Assembly: GCA_036298925.1 (NCBI GenBank)
Contig: JAXJIC010000027.1
Location: forward strand, 18,153-82,152
Direction of reading: 5' to 3'
DNA length: 64,000 nucleotides
Source of the DNA: Collinsella aerofaciens
GTDB taxonomy: Bacteria; Actinomycetota; Coriobacteriia; Coriobacteriales; Coriobacteriaceae
The position numbers were made by a program, and so were the translations under genes. Numbering within the stretch: the stretch's first letter is position 1; every line of letters begins with the position of its first letter. Under the pieces are notes generated by a model that worked only from the letters and a program-made list of their open reading frames with translations, had not been told where the DNA came from and searched no databases. Shown here in pieces: positions 34,213 to 43,046 of the stretch.

Positions 34213-35330
34213 TTCAGTGCCTTCCTGATATCGAACAGCATGACCTCGATGGCCAGCTGGGGAGTAACGTTTCTGGCGATGTTGCGCTCGGCGGTTGCAA
34301 CCGCCTCGAGCGCCTGGGTGGCACCCGCAATACTCGTCGCGGCGGCAAGCCGACCGATCGTGTCGCGCACGTCCTCGTTCACCACGTCGGCCGCCTCGTC
34401 CTGAAGCGTCAGCAGCACGTCGCGCATGAGCGTCCGCGCGCTCGCCAGCGCTTCCATGATACCCGAACGCTCGCGCGCGTTGAGTTCGCGCTTGTTGCGG
34501 TCCTCAAGCTGCTTCAATGCTCCACGCGACAGGTAGTCGGCGTTTTGCTCGAGCACCTTTTCCTGCGTGGATTTGACCTCGGCGAGCGGCGCCTTGACGG
34601 CGACGATGAGCGATTTTGCGCGGCTGAGCACGTCGGCCTCGTCGGCGGCGATGAGCGAATCGATGGCGCGGGCCATCTGACGGCGGGCGTCCCGGCGCTC
34701 GGCGCTCTTAAGGAACTCGATGCCGCGCGTGGGGCTCCCCGCCACAGCGACGGCCATGCGGCAACGCGCGATGTCCTGGCCGGTGGCGCGGCTCACGGCT
34801 TGCGCGGCCACATTGGGCGACACGAGCCGAAACGGCACGCACTGACAGCGGCTCACGATGGTGGGCAGCATTACGTCGGCCGAGGTACCCAGCAAGATGA
34901 ACATGACGTCCTCGGGCGGCTCCTCAAGCGTTTTGAGCAACGCGTTGGCGGTGTTGGCGCGCAGCTGCTCGGCGCGGTCGATGATGTAGACCTTGGCCTT
35001 GGCGCGAATAGGTGCGAGGGGCACGTCGTCGAGTAGCTCGCGGGTCTGGGCGATGAGGTAGCCTGTGGCGCTCTCGGGCGTGCAATAGTGCACGTCGGGA
35101 TGCGTATGGCGGGCGACGCGCACGCAGCTGTCGCACGAACCGCAGCCGTCCTGCTCGCACAGGAAGGCCTGGGCGAGCGCCCATGCGGCGTCGAGCTTGC
35201 CGGCGCCGGGAGCGCCCAAAAACAGGTACGCATGCGATGCGCGGCCGCTGGCGACAGCGTTGGTCAAAAAGTCGCGTACGCGCTCTTGGGTGTCGAGCTT
35301 TGCCAGCAGGCTTGCCTGAGCGGGGGCCAT
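34203..35330 (-). CDS. holB: DNA polymerase III delta-prime subunit
   Basis: HAYLFLGAPGAGK Walker-like motif, CGSCDSC zinc module and SRCQ box. Start set at ATG 35330, 1 nt after the tmk stop. Confidence 0.85.
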   Translation of the reverse strand: MAPAQASLLAKLDTQERVRDFLTNAVASGRASHAYLFLGAPGAGKLDAAWALAQAFLCEQDGCGSCDSCVRVARHTHPDVHYCTPESATGYLIAQTRELLDDVPLAPIRAKAKVYIIDRAEQLRANTANALLKTLEEPPEDVMFILLGTSADVMLPTIVSRCQCVPFRLVSPNVAAQAVSRATGQDIARCRMAVAVAGSPTRGIEFLKSAERRDARRQMARAIDSLIAADEADVLSRAKSLIVAVKAPLAEVKSTQEKVLEQNADYLSRGALKQLEDRNKRELNARERSGIMEALASARTLMRDVLLTLQDEAADVVNEDVRDTIGRLAAATSIAGATQALEAVATAERNIARNVTPQLAIEVMLFDIRKALKCR

Positions 35331-35331
35331 G

Positions 35332-36015
35332 CTACTCGGCCTCCTGGGCAAGCGCGGCGGTGACGGCGTCCTGGGAAATGTCGAGGCCGTAGGCGCGAAC
35401 CCACTCGACCGTCTGCGCGAAGACTTCCTCGATGGACGCGGTCGCGTCGATGAGCTTTACGCGGTTTGGTTCCTCGGCGGCAATGGCGCAAAATCCCTGG
35501 TAGACGCGCTCTTGGAAGGCCATGCCCTTAGCCTCCATGCGGTCGGCCGCACCACGGGCTGCCATGCGCAGCGCCGCCTGCTCGGGCGTGATGTGGTAGA
35601 CGAGTGTGAGCGCCGGGTGCGTCCCCGCAACGGCCAGATTGTTGGCATCGCGCACCATCTGGCGATCGAGGCCGTCGGCAAACGCCTGATAGCAGGTCGT
35701 GGAATCGTAGAAGCGGTCGCACAGGACCACCTTGCCGGCCGCGAGGGCGGGCGCGATAACCTCATGCACTAGCTGGGCGCGCGCCGCCTCGTAGAGCAAC
35801 AGCTCGCAAGTATCGCCCATCGCCGTATTGGCGGGGTCGAGCAGCAGGGCGCGGATCTTTTCGCTGATGGCAGTGCCGCCCGGCTCACGCAGGGTCACAA
35901 CCTGGTAGCCGGCAAGGTCGAGCGCACGGGCAAGCAGGCGCGCCTGCGTGGACTTGCCGGCGCCATCGACGCCCTCGAGCGTAATGAAGCTATGTTGAGC
36001 GGGCTCAAAAGCCAT
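35332..36015 (-). CDS. tmk: Thymidylate kinase
   Basis: ITLEGVDGAGKSTQ P-loop, REPGGT and DRF motifs. Confidence 0.9.
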   Translation of the reverse strand: MAFEPAQHSFITLEGVDGAGKSTQARLLARALDLAGYQVVTLREPGGTAISEKIRALLLDPANTAMGDTCELLLYEAARAQLVHEVIAPALAAGKVVLCDRFYDSTTCYQAFADGLDRQMVRDANNLAVAGTHPALTLVYHITPEQAALRMAARGAADRMEAKGMAFQERVYQGFCAIAAEEPNRVKLIDATASIEEVFAQTVEWVRAYGLDISQDAVTAALAQEAE

Positions 36016-36117
36016 GGGCGCAGCCCCTTCCTACAAGGCGCGTAAATGCAGATATATCAACCAAGCCATGATACCCCAGTGCTCGGTGCGTCCCCAATGA
36101 CCAAAGGCGCCTTTCCG

Positions 36118-36186
36118 AAGTTGCGGTGAAATAGGGACTGATTGAAGCTCTGAGACCGCCAAACAGTCCCTATTTCACCGCAACTT
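36118..36186. repeat. Perfect 23-bp inverted repeat with a 23-nt loop
   Basis: AAGTTGCGGTGAAATAGGGACTG (36118-36140) pairs with CAGTCCCTATTTCACCGCAACTT (36164-36186). Confidence 0.8.
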
Positions 36187-36254
36187 ATGAAGGGGAATTT
36201 GGGGTGCTGGGTATAATCGTCGTATTGCATTGAAATGTGGCGAAAGGAGTGGCA

Positions 36255-37238
36255 ATGTCTCGGTATTGTGCCTCGTGCGGCAAGCTTCTTGCAGATAATG
36301 CCAAGTTCTGCACCTCGTGCGGTGCACCCGTTGAGCAAACAGCCGCGAGCGATAGCCAGCCCGCTTTCGAGCAGACCGGTTCCCTCGATACGCCGCAAGC
36401 CAAGGCGGACGACCCCCTCGCCTATCGCCCCGACCCCGCCGCAGGCCCCGCGGCCGTCGAGACCACGCAGCGCATACCCGTCGCGAGTGGCTCGCCCCAA
36501 CAGCAGCCGGCTCCCGCATACGCGCCTGCTTCGCCACAGACCCCCGCTCCCAAAAAGAGCGGCACCGGGCCGCTTATCGCCGTTATCGTTGTGCTGGTGG
36601 CGATCATCATCGCCCTGGTCGTTTTCTTTGTGATCAAGCCTTTCGACAACGCCGCCACGCAGACGACTACCGAGGTAGCTAAGCTGCACCATGACGTCGA
36701 CGACGATGACCTAAAGCCTCTCGGCGATCCCAACAGCCTGTACGACGATGATGACGATGACGACGAGGATGGCGGCGAAGCAACGCTCTCCGAGCAGAAC
36801 CTCTACCGCCGACTGAGCGAATACTACGACCTGCTCGAAGACCTCGACAACTACGTCCGTGGCTGCGCGCAGAACTTCAACGGCAGCTATCTGGAAGAAG
36901 ATCGCACCACCCGTCAAAATCTCGCCGACGTCGCCGAGCGCACGGAGGACACCATCGAGCAGTATTACGACATCGTCGAGGACCTGGACGTCCCCACGAG
37001 CTCCAAGAACTACAGCTCCTGGAAGGACATCATCGCCCTGTACGACGATCTGGATCACCGCATTGACGCGATCTGCGATGCCTGGGAGATCAGCCTGAAA
37101 TACGCCAAGCCTGCGGACCACAAGAATGAGATCGTGGCGCCGCTGTCGCGCGACAACGTGGCGGGCACCAATGACAATAAGTACCGCCTAGACTTTGAGG
37201 AGCGCTATCCCGGCGCCAAACCCGTCGAAGTGAACTAG
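36255..37238 (+). CDS. Zinc-ribbon, single-pass membrane protein with an Asp-rich ectodomain (hypothetical)
   Basis: MSRYCASCGKLLADNAKFCTSCGAP zinc ribbon and a TM segment LIAVIVVLVAIIIALVVFFVI. Start set at ATG 36255. Confidence 0.55.
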   Translation: MSRYCASCGKLLADNAKFCTSCGAPVEQTAASDSQPAFEQTGSLDTPQAKADDPLAYRPDPAAGPAAVETTQRIPVASGSPQQQPAPAYAPASPQTPAPKKSGTGPLIAVIVVLVAIIIALVVFFVIKPFDNAATQTTTEVAKLHHDVDDDDLKPLGDPNSLYDDDDDDDEDGGEATLSEQNLYRRLSEYYDLLEDLDNYVRGCAQNFNGSYLEEDRTTRQNLADVAERTEDTIEQYYDIVEDLDVPTSSKNYSSWKDIIALYDDLDHRIDAICDAWEISLKYAKPADHKNEIVAPLSRDNVAGTNDNKYRLDFEERYPGAKPVEVN

Positions 37239-37256
37239 CGCTTTGTCGTTCCCGAG

Positions 37257-37314
37257 CCGGCAGTTAGGGACGTTCCTAAACTGCCGGCAGAAAAGAAACG
37301 TCCCTAACTGCCGG
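37257..37314. repeat. Perfect 18-bp inverted repeat with a 22-nt loop
   Basis: CCGGCAGTTAGGGACGTT (37257-37274) pairs with AACGTCCCTAACTGCCGG (37297-37314). The loop repeats CCTAAACTGCCGG. Confidence 0.8.
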
Positions 37315-37320
37315 ATAAAA

Positions 37321-37358
37321 AACGAGCGAGGATTTTGAGGTCCTCGCTCGTTTTTGTT
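37321..37358. terminator. Bidirectional terminator between the zinc-ribbon gene and topA
   Basis: AACGAGCGAGGA pairs with TCCTCGCTCGTT, flanked by an A-run and a T-run. Confidence 0.75.
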
Positions 37359-37382
37359 TTAGTCAATGTTCCGACTGCGCCG

Positions 37383-39977
37383 CTACTTGTCGGCGGCCGC
37401 CTTCTTGGTGGTCGTCTTTTTCGCGGCAGTCTTCTTGGCGGTCGACTTCTTGGCGGTCGAAGTCTTCTTGGCCGCCGTCGTCTTCTTTGCCGTGCTCGCC
37501 TTGGTCGTAATCTTGCGGCCGCGAGCCGGCTTCTTCTCCTTGGTCGGACAGTCCATGTTCACGCAGATGCGCCACGGTCCGCGCGCCGTGTTGACCACCA
37601 CGATGGGGGCGCCGCACTCGGGGCAGGTCTCACCCGTCGCCTCGAGCTTACCGCGCGCCGGTAGAGGATAGCTCACGCCGCAATCGTCATAGTTGGTGCA
37701 GCGGATAAAACGCTTGCCGCTCTTCTCGCTCTTGTGCGCGATCAGGTCGCCATGGCGTCCGGCCTCGGCACACACCTTGCACTCGCCCACCTTAAGGTCG
37801 GGCTCGTAGTTGGTGGGGCATGTGGGGTTCACGCAAATCTCGAAGGCCTTCTGGCGGAACGGCTGGCATTTAATGCGCGGCGCACCGCACTCGGGACACA
37901 CGGCGGCCTCGCCCTCGAGCGGGCTCACCTTGACGCCGCTCGGCACCGGATAGGTCACGTCGCAGTCGGGCCAGCCCATGCAGCCAATGAAGCTGCCACG
38001 GGTCTTGGCGCTCGTCTTCATAACCAGGTCCTTGCCGCACTTGGGACAGGCGCCCACGCGTGCATCGGCCGTGACGGCGTCGCTGATAGCGTCGCCCAGC
38101 TCCTGCGTATGCTTGAGCAGCTCGTCGAGCACGCCGGCCAGCAGTGCGCGCGAGTGCGTCACGACATGCTCTTCGGTGTCCTCGCCGCGCTCGACGCGGG
38201 TCATGTCGCCGTCGAGCTCGCTGGTCATATCGGGGCTCGTGATGCGCGGGGCAAACTGCGTCAGCGCATCGATGATGGCGATGCCCAGCTGACTCGGCTC
38301 CACGGGATCGTTTTTGAGGTAGCGCACGGCGTACAGGCGCTCGATGATGCTCGCGCGCGTGGACTTGGTGCCCAAGCCGCGCTTTTCCATCTCCTGCACG
38401 AGCTTGCCCTGGCTGTAGCGCGCGGGCGGCTCGGTCTGCTTGGCCTCGAGCTTAATGTCGAACACGTCGACCGTATCGCCCTGCTCCAGCGGCGGCATCT
38501 GCTCGTCGCGCTTGAGTCCGTACGGGTACGCCTCGCGGAAACCCGGGGTCACGAGCACATCGCCCGAAGCCACGAACGGCTCACCGTTCACGTCGAGCTC
38601 GAGCTTAGTGTTTTCGATGGTCGCGGGACCCATAAGCGTCGCTAGGAAGCGGCGGGCGATGAGGTCGTAGAGCTTGCGCTGGCCGCCGTCGAGCGTGGAC
38701 GGATCGCCCTCGCCCGTGGGATAGATAGGCGGGTGGTCGGTGGTCTCGACCTTGCCGCGCGTGGGCTTCATGGGGCCGGCGAGGACCTTTTTGCACACGG
38801 GCGCCAGCGCCGGGTTGATCTTTGCAAGGTCACTCACCACAGCGCCCAGATCAAGCGTCGCGGGGTATACGGTATTGTCGACACGCGGGTAGCTGATGAG
38901 GCCCGCCATGTAGAGGGACTCGGCGATGCGCATGGTACGCGCAGGCGAGATACCCTCGGCTGCGGCGGCAGCCTGCAGCGAGGTGGTCGCAAACGGCGTG
39001 GGCGGCTGCTGCTTGCGCGAGCGCTTGGTCACCGCGGCGACGGTTGCCGTCTTGGCACCGTCAACGTGACCGTACGCCGTCTCAGCAGCATCCTTGTCGG
39101 TAAAGCGTGCCGTCTTGTGCGCAATCTTAAAGCGGTCGTCCTCGGCAGCACCCTGCGCGGCACCCATACCGCGGATCTGCCAATAGTCCTCGGGCACAAA
39201 CGCCATGCGCTCGCGCTCGCGCTCGACCACCAGGGCAAGCGTCGGCGTCTGCACGCGGCCGGCGGAGCGCACGTTGCCAAAGCCGCCGAACTTGGCGAGC
39301 GTCAGATAGCGCGTGAGCACCGCGCCCCAGATAAGGTCGATGTGCTGGCGGCTCTCGCCGGCGTCGGCCAGATTCTGGTCGAGCGAGACGAGATTATCGA
39401 AGGCCTGCGTGATCTCGGCCTTGGTAAACGAAGAATACTGGGCGCGGGCAACCGGCAAGTCCGGCGCAACCTCGCGCACCTTGTTGAGGGCGTCCGAACC
39501 GATCAGTTCGCCCTCGCGATCGAAGTCCGTAGCGATGATGACACTGTCGGACTTCTTGGCAAGGTTCTTGAGCGAGCGAATGAGCTCCTTCTCGGCCGGC
39601 AGCTTAATGACGGGCGCCCAGGTGAGATACGGCAGGCTCTCGAGCTTCCAGCCCTTGATGGAGATACCGTCGGCAAGAAACGGCTTGCGCTTGGTGTCGT
39701 AAGGCGGACGAGCCAGGCCATCGGGCATGTCGGCCGGCAGCATCTCGCCGTCCTCAGTAACCGAATACCAGCCCAGCTTTTTATCGAACAGCACGCTGTC
39801 GCAAAAATCGGGCGCAAGGATGTGACCGGCCAGGCCGATGGTCACGCACTCCTCGCCCTTCCACTCAAAACGGTAGATGGCGGTGTTGTACACCTTATCC
39901 TTTTTGGGTTTACCCGTGGACAGACGCTCGGCGATCTGACGCGCAGCGTCGTTTTTCTCGGCGATGATGAGCTTCAA
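37383..39977 (-). CDS. topA: DNA topoisomerase I with C-terminal zinc ribbons and a Lys-rich tail
   Basis: 864 aa with a TOPRIM N-terminus (KLIIAEKNDAA), several CxxC ribbons and an AKKT-repeat tail. Confidence 0.9.
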   Translation of the reverse strand: MKLIIAEKNDAARQIAERLSTGKPKKDKVYNTAIYRFEWKGEECVTIGLAGHILAPDFCDSVLFDKKLGWYSVTEDGEMLPADMPDGLARPPYDTKRKPFLADGISIKGWKLESLPYLTWAPVIKLPAEKELIRSLKNLAKKSDSVIIATDFDREGELIGSDALNKVREVAPDLPVARAQYSSFTKAEITQAFDNLVSLDQNLADAGESRQHIDLIWGAVLTRYLTLAKFGGFGNVRSAGRVQTPTLALVVERERERMAFVPEDYWQIRGMGAAQGAAEDDRFKIAHKTARFTDKDAAETAYGHVDGAKTATVAAVTKRSRKQQPPTPFATTSLQAAAAAEGISPARTMRIAESLYMAGLISYPRVDNTVYPATLDLGAVVSDLAKINPALAPVCKKVLAGPMKPTRGKVETTDHPPIYPTGEGDPSTLDGGQRKLYDLIARRFLATLMGPATIENTKLELDVNGEPFVASGDVLVTPGFREAYPYGLKRDEQMPPLEQGDTVDVFDIKLEAKQTEPPARYSQGKLVQEMEKRGLGTKSTRASIIERLYAVRYLKNDPVEPSQLGIAIIDALTQFAPRITSPDMTSELDGDMTRVERGEDTEEHVVTHSRALLAGVLDELLKHTQELGDAISDAVTADARVGACPKCGKDLVMKTSAKTRGSFIGCMGWPDCDVTYPVPSGVKVSPLEGEAAVCPECGAPRIKCQPFRQKAFEICVNPTCPTNYEPDLKVGECKVCAEAGRHGDLIAHKSEKSGKRFIRCTNYDDCGVSYPLPARGKLEATGETCPECGAPIVVVNTARGPWRICVNMDCPTKEKKPARGRKITTKASTAKKTTAAKKTSTAKKSTAKKTAAKKTTTKKAAADK

Positions 39978-40031
39978 AAGAGGCTCCTATCTCGTGTCTC
40001 TGCGGCTACGCCCGCCCGTATGGCGGCCGAT

Positions 40032-40724
40032 TTACGCCCTTGCTTGCTCGATCTGCCCGATGAGCCAATCGCACCAGGCATCCATGCCCTCGCCCTTGCG
40101 CGCGCTCACGGCAAACCGCGGCGCCTGCGGATTGAGGTCATCGAGTGTCTTAGTATACCTATCCATGTCAAAATCGAAAGCCGGGGCCACGTCGACCTTA
40201 TTGAGCAGCTGCGCGCCGGCGTGCTGGAAGATGCCCGGGTACTTGATGGGCTTGTCGTCGCCCTCGGGCACCGAGAGAATCATGATGGACAGGTTCTCAC
40301 CCAGGTCAAAGTCGACCGGGCAGACCAAGTTGCCCACGTTTTCGATAAAGATGACGTCGATGTTCTCCAGACCGACGGCCTGGTCGAACGCGTCAACGGC
40401 CTCCATGATCATGTTGCCCTCGAGGTGGCACAGGCCACCCGTGTTGATCTGGATGGCGGGCATGCCGGCTTCCTTCATGGTGATGGCGTCGACATCCGAG
40501 GCAATATCGCCCTCGATGACGGCACAGCGCAGGCCAGCCTTGTCGCGCAGGCGCTCGTTGGTGCCCAGGATCGTGGTGGTCTTGCCCGAACCGGGGCTCG
40601 ACAGCACATTGATCACATAGGTGTTTGTCTCTTTAAATCGCTGTCGCAGCTGATCTGCCAGGCGCTCGTTGCGCGACAGGATCGGCGACGCGATATCAAT
40701 CGTTTTCTCAGCCATACTTGGCAC
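40032..40724 (-). CDS. hypB: Hydrogenase nickel-incorporation GTPase HypB
   Basis: SSPGSGKTT P-loop, the GGLCHLE metal-site region, and NVGNLVCP. Confidence 0.85.
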   Translation of the reverse strand: MPSMAEKTIDIASPILSRNERLADQLRQRFKETNTYVINVLSSPGSGKTTTILGTNERLRDKAGLRCAVIEGDIASDVDAITMKEAGMPAIQINTGGLCHLEGNMIMEAVDAFDQAVGLENIDVIFIENVGNLVCPVDFDLGENLSIMILSVPEGDDKPIKYPGIFQHAGAQLLNKVDVAPAFDFDMDRYTKTLDDLNPQAPRFAVSARKGEGMDAWCDWLIGQIEQARA

Positions 40725-40770
40725 TCCTTACTTTGGCCCCTTTATACCCCATCACCAGATGGCTAGCGGG

Positions 40771-41127
40771 CTAATCGTCGGGGGTTTCGATTTCGATACT
40801 CGCGATGTCGAGTTCGCGGCCGTGCAGCAGACGCACGTTGGCGCCGCCACACTGGGAACAGCGACAATGGAAACGGTCGTGATCAAAGACCTCGCCGCAG
40901 TCCAGGCACTCGCTTTGTGGATGGACCTCCTCCACGGCAAGCTCGCAGCCGCGCGTGAGCGGGTCCTCGTCGCGAAACGTCTCCCAGGCAAAGTCGAGCG
41001 CCTCGCGCACGACCTCGGTCATATCCCCGATACGCAGCGTTACCAAAACGGCGCGCGAGGCCCCCGCCCCACGCGCCGCGCGAATCACTGTATCGAGTAT
41101 GCCGTTGACAATGCCAACCTCGTGCAT
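40771..41127 (-). CDS. hypA: Hydrogenase maturation nickel metallochaperone HypA
   Basis: MHEVGI N-terminus and two CxxC pairs (CLDCG..CSQCG). Confidence 0.85.
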   Translation of the reverse strand: MHEVGIVNGILDTVIRAARGAGASRAVLVTLRIGDMTEVVREALDFAWETFRDEDPLTRGCELAVEEVHPQSECLDCGEVFDHDRFHCRCSQCGGANVRLLHGRELDIASIEIETPDD

Positions 41128-41133
41128 ACCGAT

Positions 41134-41925
41134 TTACTCCTCGTCGTCCTCATCGTCCGAGAACAGGTCCAGACGACTCACAAACAGGCCCTCCTTGCCC
41201 TCGCGCGCGGTAATGACCACACGGGCGATGGCGAGCGAAATCTCGTAGAGCGAGAGCAGGGCGCCATACATGAGACCCAGCGTAACGGGCGAGCCGTCGG
41301 GCGTGATCACAGCCGAACCCACGAGCAGGCCAACGTATACATAACGCCAGGCACCGCGGAAAGCAGCGTAGGACACGATGTGGAAGACGGACAGATAGAA
41401 GATGATGAGCGGCAGCTCAAACGCCACGCCAAAGCCGATCATAAAGAGCAGCTCCATGTTGACGTAGTTCTCCAGATCGGGCAGTGCCGTAGCGACGGCC
41501 GAGGTCTCGCCGATGAGCCACTCAAAGCCCGCAGGAATGATGATGAAGTAGCAGAAGATGGCACCCAGGAAGAACAGCACCGTCGAGGCGAGCACCGTGG
41601 GCACGACCCACTTGCGCTCGTTGGGGCGAAGCGCCGGCAGGAAAAACGCCAGAATCTGCCAGATGATCATGGGCGTGCACATGACCACGGCCATCTTGAT
41701 GGCCAGCGAGAAGCGCAAGCCAAAGCCGCCGAGCGTGGTAGTGATGTAGAACTTACCGTCCGGCACAAAGGAGCGGATGGGATCTTCCAGGATGTCGAGC
41801 ACCACAGGCGTGGCGAAATACAGCACGATAGCGGCGGCGAACACCGACACGACCACGATGGTCAGGCGGCGACGGAGCTCTCCCAGGTGATCGAAGAGCG
41901 GCATACGCGCAGGTCCGATAGGCAT
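41134..41925 (-). CDS. tatC: Twin-arginine translocase subunit TatC
   Basis: 263 aa. PLFDHLGELRRRL and six TM segments. Confidence 0.85.
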   Translation of the reverse strand: MPIGPARMPLFDHLGELRRRLTIVVVSVFAAAIVLYFATPVVLDILEDPIRSFVPDGKFYITTTLGGFGLRFSLAIKMAVVMCTPMIIWQILAFFLPALRPNERKWVVPTVLASTVLFFLGAIFCYFIIIPAGFEWLIGETSAVATALPDLENYVNMELLFMIGFGVAFELPLIIFYLSVFHIVSYAAFRGAWRYVYVGLLVGSAVITPDGSPVTLGLMYGALLSLYEISLAIARVVITAREGKEGLFVSRLDLFSDDEDDEE

Positions 41926-42512
41926 TACTCATCGCCTCCCTTCGGGGCGTCGGCGGCAGCGGCGTCGTCCTCGGCCTCGAGCTCGCGAGCGAGCTGGTCG
42001 ACGACAGCCTTGCGCTTACGGGGACGACGGGCGTAGAGGTCAGCCGTCGTGGGCTCTGCCGGCCCGGGCTCGGGCTCCGGCTCTGCAGCAGGCTCGGGCT
42101 CGGCGACGGCAGCGGCAGGCTCGGCCTTGGCGGACTCGGCGCTCTCGGCCTCATCAGCAGCGCCTTCGCCCTCGGTGGCACCCTCGCTCGCAGCCTTCTC
42201 GGCGGCAAGGCGGGCACGGCGCTCGGCAAAAGTCTCCTTCTTTGCGGGCGCAGCCGTCTCGACGGCACCCTCGTCCGCATCGGAATCGTCATCGACGGCA
42301 GCCTTCTTGGGCTTGACCGGGGCCGACGCGGCCTCGCTCACCGGATCGATAATCTCGGACTGAACAACGGCCGTCATCTTTTCCTGCGTCTCGCGGAACT
42401 GACGGATGGCACGGCCGATTGTGCGGCCCATCTGCGGGAGCTTATCCGGGCCAAACAGCAAAAAGCCGAAGACCACGATGATCGCGAGCTCACCCTCTCC
42501 AATACCAAACAC
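41925..42512 (-). CDS. tatA: Twin-arginine translocase TatA/E-type subunit with a long Ala/Glu/Pro-rich tail
   Basis: GTG start at 42512, 5 nt after GGAGG. FGIGEGELAIIVVFGFLLFGPDKLPQMGR is the TatA core. The ORF-track N-terminal extension was rejected. Confidence 0.75.
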   Translation of the reverse strand: MFGIGEGELAIIVVFGFLLFGPDKLPQMGRTIGRAIRQFRETQEKMTAVVQSEIIDPVSEAASAPVKPKKAAVDDDSDADEGAVETAAPAKKETFAERRARLAAEKAASEGATEGEGAADEAESAESAKAEPAAAVAEPEPAAEPEPEPGPAEPTTADLYARRPRKRKAVVDQLARELEAEDDAAAADAPKGGDE

Positions 42513-42665
42513 ACATACCTCCAAGGCTCGATGTGAGTCGAGCCCGCACCGCGCCATTCGGCCGGAACTCGTCTATTCATTCGGTCAAGTATAGCGCCCG
42601 GACGCCAAAACGTCCGAGCGCATCACAAACATATGCCAAACGGCACGCCCTTTTGGGGACAAAGA

Positions 42666-42980
42666 TTATGCAGCGGTGATCGAAATCTCCTGGTCGACAC
42701 CCAACAGCTGAACCACGCGCATCACCTGGGGCTGCACATTGGTGCAGCTAAAGCGCTTGCCGTGGTCGACCGCGTGGTGCGCGGCGCCCACGAGCACGCC
42801 AATGCCCGTCGAATCGATGTAGCTCACCTGGGCAAAATCGAGCTCAACGGCCTCAGTGGGCTGCTCGAGCGCCAGGTCGATAGCATTGCGCAGGCTATCG
42901 GCGTTAGAGATATCGATCTCGCCGGTTACCTTAATGGTGTAGATCTCCGGCGTGGGGTTGGTGGAAATACCCAAATCCAT
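42666..42980 (-). CDS. STAS-domain anti-sigma-factor antagonist (SpoIIAA-like)
   Basis: 104 aa. The SYIDSTGIGVLV motif has a phosphorylatable Ser/Thr. Confidence 0.75.
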   Translation of the reverse strand: MDLGISTNPTPEIYTIKVTGEIDISNADSLRNAIDLALEQPTEAVELDFAQVSYIDSTGIGVLVGAAHHAVDHGKRFSCTNVQPQVMRVVQLLGVDQEISITAA

Positions 42981-43046
42981 GTATACGCTCCTTTACGTAT
43001 CGAAAGTGCGGATAGTACTGGGCGCGGACTTGCGGGGCCCTAGGCG

